Origin: a virus
Taxonomy: Duplodnaviria > Caudoviricetes
Direction: 5' to 3' (one strand)
Length of the DNA stretch: 50,496 bases
IMG/VR virus record: IMGVR_UViG_3300020235_000070
Coordinates: 1-50,496 of that record
Shown here: piece by piece, positions 44,989-50,496 of the stretch
Numbering within the stretch: the first letter of the stretch is position 1
Layout of the letters: each line of letters begins with the position of its first letter
Notes under the pieces: model-generated
Seen by the model: only the letters and a program-made list of their open reading frames with translations
Databases searched by the model: none
Told to the model about the DNA's origin: nothing
Translations under genes and position numbers: made by a program

Positions 44989-46880
44989 TGGGTGTTACAG
45001 TTATTGATTCAGGTGAGGGGGCACTATCTAGGGCTATTGCTAGTGTAGGTGATGCTCTAGGTAAAAGACTTCGTGAACGTCAGAATAACGCTGATAGGAT
45101 CATCCGTAATCCAGCTAGATTTGCCAGTGTAGCAGAAGCTTATAGAGCAGCATTAAACGTAAGCGACGACGCTGGTGCGACTCTAATAGAGAGTCTTAGG
45201 GTTCCAGATGATTTTGGGGATACTCTTTTAGCTCTACAGGCTACTCCTGCTGAATTGGGTAGAGCTGCTGATATAGAAGGTGACGTTCCCGGTAGAGTAT
45301 CTGCTGGTAAAGGGATAACAGCGGATTTGGTAGTTGCTAAGGCTGAGGCTGAGATAAGTTCTGGTGTTATCGAGACAGAACTAAATGCCAGAATTGCCAC
45401 GGGAGATTTGACTGCAGCAAGTGTTGAGGCTCTCCTTGGGTCTGGAGTCATAGACTCAGAACTCGCAGAGAGATTGGCAGTATCTTTGCTAGGTGCTGAT
45501 ACTGCTACGGTTCGTAGAGATGTAGGAATTCCAGAAGCAGAAGCAGCGGCAGATTTAGGGACGGCTGCTGTAACGACGGCAAAAACTGGTCAAATCATCA
45601 CACAGAATCTTGCTGAAGCTGAAGTTACTGCTGCTAGAATGGGTGCTCTTGTTGCGGGACAAAGAGATGAGGTTCTCTTAAACTCTGGCATGATAGCTTT
45701 GTCCTCTAAGAATGATCTACGGCAGATTATCTTAGATGGAAAGAGGCTTACAGCCGAACAGATTCTTGATCTTCCTAGAGTAAGGGTTGTAACAGAGCTA
45801 GGGGTTCTGACTCAACAACAACTCGAAGCTGAATATCAAGTTGGACTCATAAGGCATAGGATAGTAGAAGGTGTACCTCAGCTGACAATTTCAAGGGAAG
45901 TTCTTCAACTCAATGCTGATATTGCAGGGATCACGGACTCGATAAGATTTGCTAAAGCAGCCGGGGAATACCTCGACTCACTGGATCAAACTACAGCAAA
46001 TGGACGCCGACTGTTTAATGAGTTTATCTTGGGAATGGAGAATCCCTCATTCCTAGCTCACATTGGTATACATGAGCAGCTTACTGAGAGAGCTAGACTG
46101 ACCCGAGCGGCTGTATCCGCCTCTACTAGTGCGGAGATATTCTCTAATACCCTGACGATGATGCAGGAAATAGAGGATGCTGTTAACGCCTTAGCAGAAG
46201 CAGATTCAGACGAAAGACCATTTGCTCGACTGCAATTAGAGAACCTTAGGCACCTATCTGCTAAGATGATGGTGTCAGGAAGGCTCGAACCTATAGACTT
46301 GATCGGTGCCGATATGCATGGCAAAAGGTTTGAGTATTTCTATACAGATATTGACTCTGACGCAGTACACTTTGCTATAGGTGTTGCAGGTGAAGGGCTG
46401 TTAGATGGTGAATCTTCTGAGAAAGTCCTAGAGGATATTCACGAACCTCAAGATGAGTTTGGCGGTAGATCCTTGTATGATACTATGTCTCCTAGAGATC
46501 AAGAGATGTTTGACGAGAAGTTTCCTGTGTTGATCGAAGATGTTGAGGCTGCACGAGGAATTATTGCTACCAGACTTATAGTTTCAAGGCCTAGTCCTAG
46601 AGAAGCAGAGGCAAGAACTCAAGCGGCACAGAATCGAGAGGTTGTACTCTCAAGAGCTAGGGAAACAATGGAAACAGCCCCTCGGGAACTGTTAACCGCT
46701 CAGGATGCCGGGGATAAAAGGCAAATAGGTATTCTCGAAAGAAGGATAGGACAGGCACAAAGATTGCTCGCTCAAGGGCCTCTCTTTGATAACCTAATGA
46801 TTCTCCCTGGCACAAGTCCACAAGACTTACTCGACCTAGTAAATGCAACATTCCCAGAAGTAGGCAACTTACCTAGATGA
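44988..46880 (+). CDS. Putative internal virion/ejection protein
   Basis: 630 aa, Ala-rich and helical with weak internal repeats. Confidence 0.55.
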   Translation: MGVTVIDSGEGALSRAIASVGDALGKRLRERQNNADRIIRNPARFASVAEAYRAALNVSDDAGATLIESLRVPDDFGDTLLALQATPAELGRAADIEGDVPGRVSAGKGITADLVVAKAEAEISSGVIETELNARIATGDLTAASVEALLGSGVIDSELAERLAVSLLGADTATVRRDVGIPEAEAAADLGTAAVTTAKTGQIITQNLAEAEVTAARMGALVAGQRDEVLLNSGMIALSSKNDLRQIILDGKRLTAEQILDLPRVRVVTELGVLTQQQLEAEYQVGLIRHRIVEGVPQLTISREVLQLNADIAGITDSIRFAKAAGEYLDSLDQTTANGRRLFNEFILGMENPSFLAHIGIHEQLTERARLTRAAVSASTSAEIFSNTLTMMQEIEDAVNALAEADSDERPFARLQLENLRHLSAKMMVSGRLEPIDLIGADMHGKRFEYFYTDIDSDAVHFAIGVAGEGLLDGESSEKVLEDIHEPQDEFGGRSLYDTMSPRDQEMFDEKFPVLIEDVEAARGIIATRLIVSRPSPREAEARTQAAQNREVVLSRARETMETAPRELLTAQDAGDKRQIGILERRIGQAQRLLAQGPLFDNLMILPGTSPQDLLDLVNATFPEVGNLPR

Positions 46881-48949
46881 ACACACCACAAAATAGGTTT
46901 GCCATAGCTGTTAGGCAACGACGTTTATCCGCACTCGGCCCTGATCCAGCTACCGACGAACTTGCATCGGGACTAGTCCCAAGCGAAGAACCCGAGCTTT
47001 CTACCAATCGTTTTGCTGTAGCTGCCAGAGTTAGGGGTGTTAGTTTAGCTGAGGTTGGAGGATTTACACGCAGAGAGACTGACATAGGTATAACTGAGGC
47101 TTTGGGTGCAGGAATTAAGCAGGGTTTCTTAGACCCACTTACTATCTTTGGACTCGAAATTGAAACTCCCGATCTAGATACAACGGGTGAAAAGGTTGCT
47201 AATGTTCTTGGTTCATTCATTGGACTTGGTATTGGTTTTATTCCCTTCGCTTTTGGTAGTGGTGCTATACTCAAAGGTATTGGACTCACTAAGCGTATAC
47301 CGAGACTCCTCACTTCGATTGAAGGAGTAACAACTAGAAATCCTCTATATGGATTCATCCAAAATACTCTAGCAGGTACAGTTCAGATTGCAGGAACCAG
47401 TGAAGAAATCAGTGATCTTCCTTTGAATATAGCTATAGGTGCTTCGTTTGGTGCTGCTGTAGAAGGATTGTTTCTTGCTAGGGCTATGAAAGGCAGACGA
47501 GGAGCTTCTAGTACGGCTAAGGAAGTTGCTGATGGAAGTCCTCATGGGGATATTCCAGTAGACTTGGATCTGACTATCAAGGAAATTGTTATTGCACCTA
47601 ATAATGCATCACATGGTGCCCCTAGAATTAGAACAGAGATCAAGAGTTTGTTTGAGGAAGATAGGACGTATGATGAAGCACTGACTCTTTTAGCTCAGGA
47701 ACATGCTGAGACTGTTAGGATTCCTGGCTTGAAAGAGACTCAACCTACCGTGGACTTTGCTAGGAGCTTGTATCCAAATGCTCAGATCCTGTCTAGAAGT
47801 GTCCGAGGCAGAGAAGCCTTTGAGGTTCTAGTACATAATCCTACTGATCCGGCGGATCTACTAACTCCGAAGCAGATTCAACAGTGGAAGAAGTTTGGAT
47901 TCGCAGAGGGACAAGAGATTTTATATGGTAGTCCAGCTAAATCGTATAAGGCTACGGGGAAGATAGTTGAGCCCGGATTTGTCCAGCTTATAGATCCCCT
48001 TAGACCTCGCAATCCGTTTGCTGTTAGGATAGAGGAAGCTACTAGACCGTTACTGGCTAGATTCTTTACTGAATCCAATGTCCGTCGTGCAACACTTCAA
48101 CGGGCTATAATAGCTAACGAAGGTGAAATAGGTATGGTCATACCGTCTGCTGCTAGAGGTGAAAGTGCAGCTCTGACGGCTAAGAGAGGAATAGTGGATG
48201 TTGCTGAGTATGAGGAAATATCTAGTTTTCCAGCATGGTTAGAAAAGCATAAGGTTGCATTGGCTGATATTGATGCTGCTGATATTGAAGAAGCTGCACA
48301 GATACTAGGTAGAACTCTTGGAATCAAGGGTTTAGTAATTAAAGAATCTGGTCTTACGGTTAGTGTTAAAGTTTTCGATCAAAGGACTGTAAACTTCATA
48401 ACCCAACCTCCCATAATCGGTGCACCTCGTGGTGAACTTCCAGCAGGTGTTACTGAGGCTACTCGTCCTAGACTTCGTATAAGACCCGTAGACGGAGCAG
48501 CAGTAAGACTACCGGATGGAACAATACGAACAGGTTCTAGTCACTTTGAGATTGCACAAGAGCTTAGAGCAGAGGGACTTGAATCAGCCTTCAATAAAGC
48601 TACTGATGGATTTATTGATACCTCTGGTAACTTCATAAGCAAGGAAAAGGGCTTTAGACTTGAGGAAATATTTGAACAGCTTGGGGACGTTCCCAATGTA
48701 GGTTTAACATTAGATAACTCTGTGACTTCCCTAGGCCCTAATGGAGAGACAATACTTCACAGCTTTGAACCCTCTTGGAGAAATTCAATGGGTTCTGCAC
48801 TACGACGGCAGGGTGTGACTGAGAGGGATCTTCCAGCTCACTTGGATATGTTTGTTGCACAGATGGAAAAGCGTTTGGATGGTCTAATGGATGCTGAATT
48901 TATAGCCATGAAAAATGCTTCTGAAATTAAGTTTGGAGATTGCCTCTAA
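46877..48949 (+). CDS. Putative internal virion/ejection protein with hydrophobic segments
   Basis: 690 aa; Gly-rich hydrophobic helices near the N-terminus. Confidence 0.55.
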   Translation: MNTPQNRFAIAVRQRRLSALGPDPATDELASGLVPSEEPELSTNRFAVAARVRGVSLAEVGGFTRRETDIGITEALGAGIKQGFLDPLTIFGLEIETPDLDTTGEKVANVLGSFIGLGIGFIPFAFGSGAILKGIGLTKRIPRLLTSIEGVTTRNPLYGFIQNTLAGTVQIAGTSEEISDLPLNIAIGASFGAAVEGLFLARAMKGRRGASSTAKEVADGSPHGDIPVDLDLTIKEIVIAPNNASHGAPRIRTEIKSLFEEDRTYDEALTLLAQEHAETVRIPGLKETQPTVDFARSLYPNAQILSRSVRGREAFEVLVHNPTDPADLLTPKQIQQWKKFGFAEGQEILYGSPAKSYKATGKIVEPGFVQLIDPLRPRNPFAVRIEEATRPLLARFFTESNVRRATLQRAIIANEGEIGMVIPSAARGESAALTAKRGIVDVAEYEEISSFPAWLEKHKVALADIDAADIEEAAQILGRTLGIKGLVIKESGLTVSVKVFDQRTVNFITQPPIIGAPRGELPAGVTEATRPRLRIRPVDGAAVRLPDGTIRTGSSHFEIAQELRAEGLESAFNKATDGFIDTSGNFISKEKGFRLEEIFEQLGDVPNVGLTLDNSVTSLGPNGETILHSFEPSWRNSMGSALRRQGVTERDLPAHLDMFVAQMEKRLDGLMDAEFIAMKNASEIKFGDCL

Positions 48950-50496
48950 TGGCTAAGATATGTGGAGTTCCTGTTTCTATATCAAAGATGGCCCAAGCTG
49001 CTGACTTAGAGGTGAAGCCAACTATTGATGGTAGATGGAGAATCTTCCGACGCAGTAACAAGTCTAAAGTAGCTACTGTGTCTACAGAGTTAGAAGCCCG
49101 TGAAGCTATCAATAGGTTTGTGGGTGAAGGGATGCCAGACTTGGATGCAAGCGTGACCATCCCCGTTAGAGGTACTCCTTTATCTCAAACTGGTGCTACA
49201 CAGCAAAGTCAATTAACCGTAAAGCGGGAATTCATATCTACGGTCCAAGTTGGATTCGCAGCAAGATTCTTTACTCCTGCTAAACAGTTTATGCAGGCTG
49301 TTGAAAGGTCTGGTCACGGTCCAGCGTTTACCAAGATATATCAAGTTACACAGGTTGCTATGGGCAAGTTTAATGAGGCGATAGCCTTTACTACGGTGCC
49401 TGTATTAAAGGGAATGTTTGGGGCTACAAAGAAAGGTGGGGAGCAAACTTTCCAAGAGGCTGCAAAGAAATTAGATAAACTTTTTAAGTCTTTTACTCCT
49501 GAGCAAAGGAGACTAGCTACACTCCATAGTGAACACTTTACCAAGCAAGAACTAGCCCGGCCCGGTGTTCTTCTTGAAGAAGGTATGGATGCTACAAACA
49601 TCGCACTAGCAGATGGATTTTCAGCTCTTGGTGTAGCAGAAGATATTCCCTCCATGATTAGGACTAACGCAATCATAGATGATTTTCTTAGTAACAGAAA
49701 AGATATGATTGAAGTTCAGATTCCTAAGATGGAGAATGCGATATTAGAAGGCAGACTTCCTCCTGAGTTCAGCCGACGTATCCAAGGTATGCTAGATAAT
49801 GCTGGCACAGAGACTACGGCAGACGATCTTATGAAGATCATGGGGATTTCTGCTGAAGAAGTTGAAGGTATGCAAGCCTTGAGGACAATCATCGACAACG
49901 AAGATATAAACATTCCAGCTATATATAGGTACGCTACGGCTGAGGATTTGAAGCCAGGATTTAAGAATGGTCGTGAGCAGTTTGCAGCGACTAGGGGGAT
50001 GCTACCAGAGGTTGTGAAGCTCTCGAATCAGAGAATGACATTGATTCAAGCGGCCTTTGATCGTACTGGAGCATCTGCTTCTCAGGTTGTAGGGGCACAG
50101 TATCCAATCTTTAGGGAGTTTATCTCAGCAGGGGTACTACCTGGGAATCAGTTTGGTAATTCTTCTAGGGGTGCAGTTAAAAGGTGGGCCAGGGTCTTGC
50201 AGGATCTACCCGAAGGTGATGAGATATTAAAGCGTAGGGTTCTATCTGGACATCTAGATCCACACGAACTGAACCCGGCAGTTACAGCCCTGAGGCATAT
50301 TAGGAATATACTACTAAGGGAACACTTTGATCCTGTCATGCCTGGGGCTATGGCACAGCTTCATGCTATTTCAAATCGACTTGATGATCCCCGAATTGGT
50401 AAGATCATTGAGAACTATCTACACGAGCTAGAGGGGATACCTAACGAGAGTTTCAAAGCTCTCACCGCTATGGTTCGTTCGATGGGTAGGTTTGCA
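48949..50496 (+). CDS. N-terminal part of the large internal virion protein (continues at position 1; missing from the ORF track)
   Basis: TAATG coupling at 48947-48951; frame joins 1-1344 through the terminal overlap. Confidence 0.75.
   Translation, partial: MAKICGVPVSISKMAQAADLEVKPTIDGRWRIFRRSNKSKVATVSTELEAREAINRFVGEGMPDLDASVTIPVRGTPLSQTGATQQSQLTVKREFISTVQVGFAARFFTPAKQFMQAVERSGHGPAFTKIYQVTQVAMGKFNEAIAFTTVPVLKGMFGATKKGGEQTFQEAAKKLDKLFKSFTPEQRRLATLHSEHFTKQELARPGVLLEEGMDATNIALADGFSALGVAEDIPSMIRTNAIIDDFLSNRKDMIEVQIPKMENAILEGRLPPEFSRRIQGMLDNAGTETTADDLMKIMGISAEEVEGMQALRTIIDNEDINIPAIYRYATAEDLKPGFKNGREQFAATRGMLPEVVKLSNQRMTLIQAAFDRTGASASQVVGAQYPIFREFISAGVLPGNQFGNSSRGAVKRWARVLQDLPEGDEILKRRVLSGHLDPHELNPAVTALRHIRNILLREHFDPVMPGAMAQLHAISNRLDDPRIGKIIENYLHELEGIPNESFKALTAMVRSMGRFA
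50356..50496. repeat. Terminal overlap identical to 1-141
   Basis: Exact match. Confidence 0.97.

Overview
The window is a complete, circularly assembled genome of a tailed dsDNA bacteriophage. Bases 1-141 are identical to 50356-50496, giving 50,355 unique bp. The virion looks podovirus-like, and I see no integrase, repressor, RNA polymerase or primase. There are two divergent arms. The minus-strand early/replication arm (23182 to 2143) encodes an SNF2 helicase, many small proteins, a PD-(D/E)xK nuclease, a Sak4-like ATPase, an SSB-like protein, GroES, a UDG/3'-5' exonuclease, a minimal PolX, a PolA polymerase domain and a DUF3987-like ATPase. The plus-strand late arm (24974 to the end, wrapping to 2171) encodes terminases, portal, scaffold, major capsid, an M15 peptidase, adaptor, tail spike, nozzle and internal/ejection proteins. 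A roughly 1.7 kb control region between the arms holds origin-like repeats and one orphan gene. Four things stand out. (1) About seven non-canonical tRNA-like cloverleaves and further structured RNAs sit between the early genes, with T-arms and acceptor stems kept but D and anticodon arms remodelled. (2) The UDG-exo-PolA polymerase is split by a 1.58 kb five-gene block that carries an ASFV-sized PolX and is bounded by an in-frame 8-bp direct repeat. (3) A small early protein joins a twin-arginine-like N-terminus to a segment resembling the N-terminus of the phage's own major capsid protein. (4) A virion protein has three tandem jelly-roll-like domains on an 18-20 aa repeat stalk. All family calls come from recognising motifs by eye and all RNA folds were paired by hand; no searches were run.
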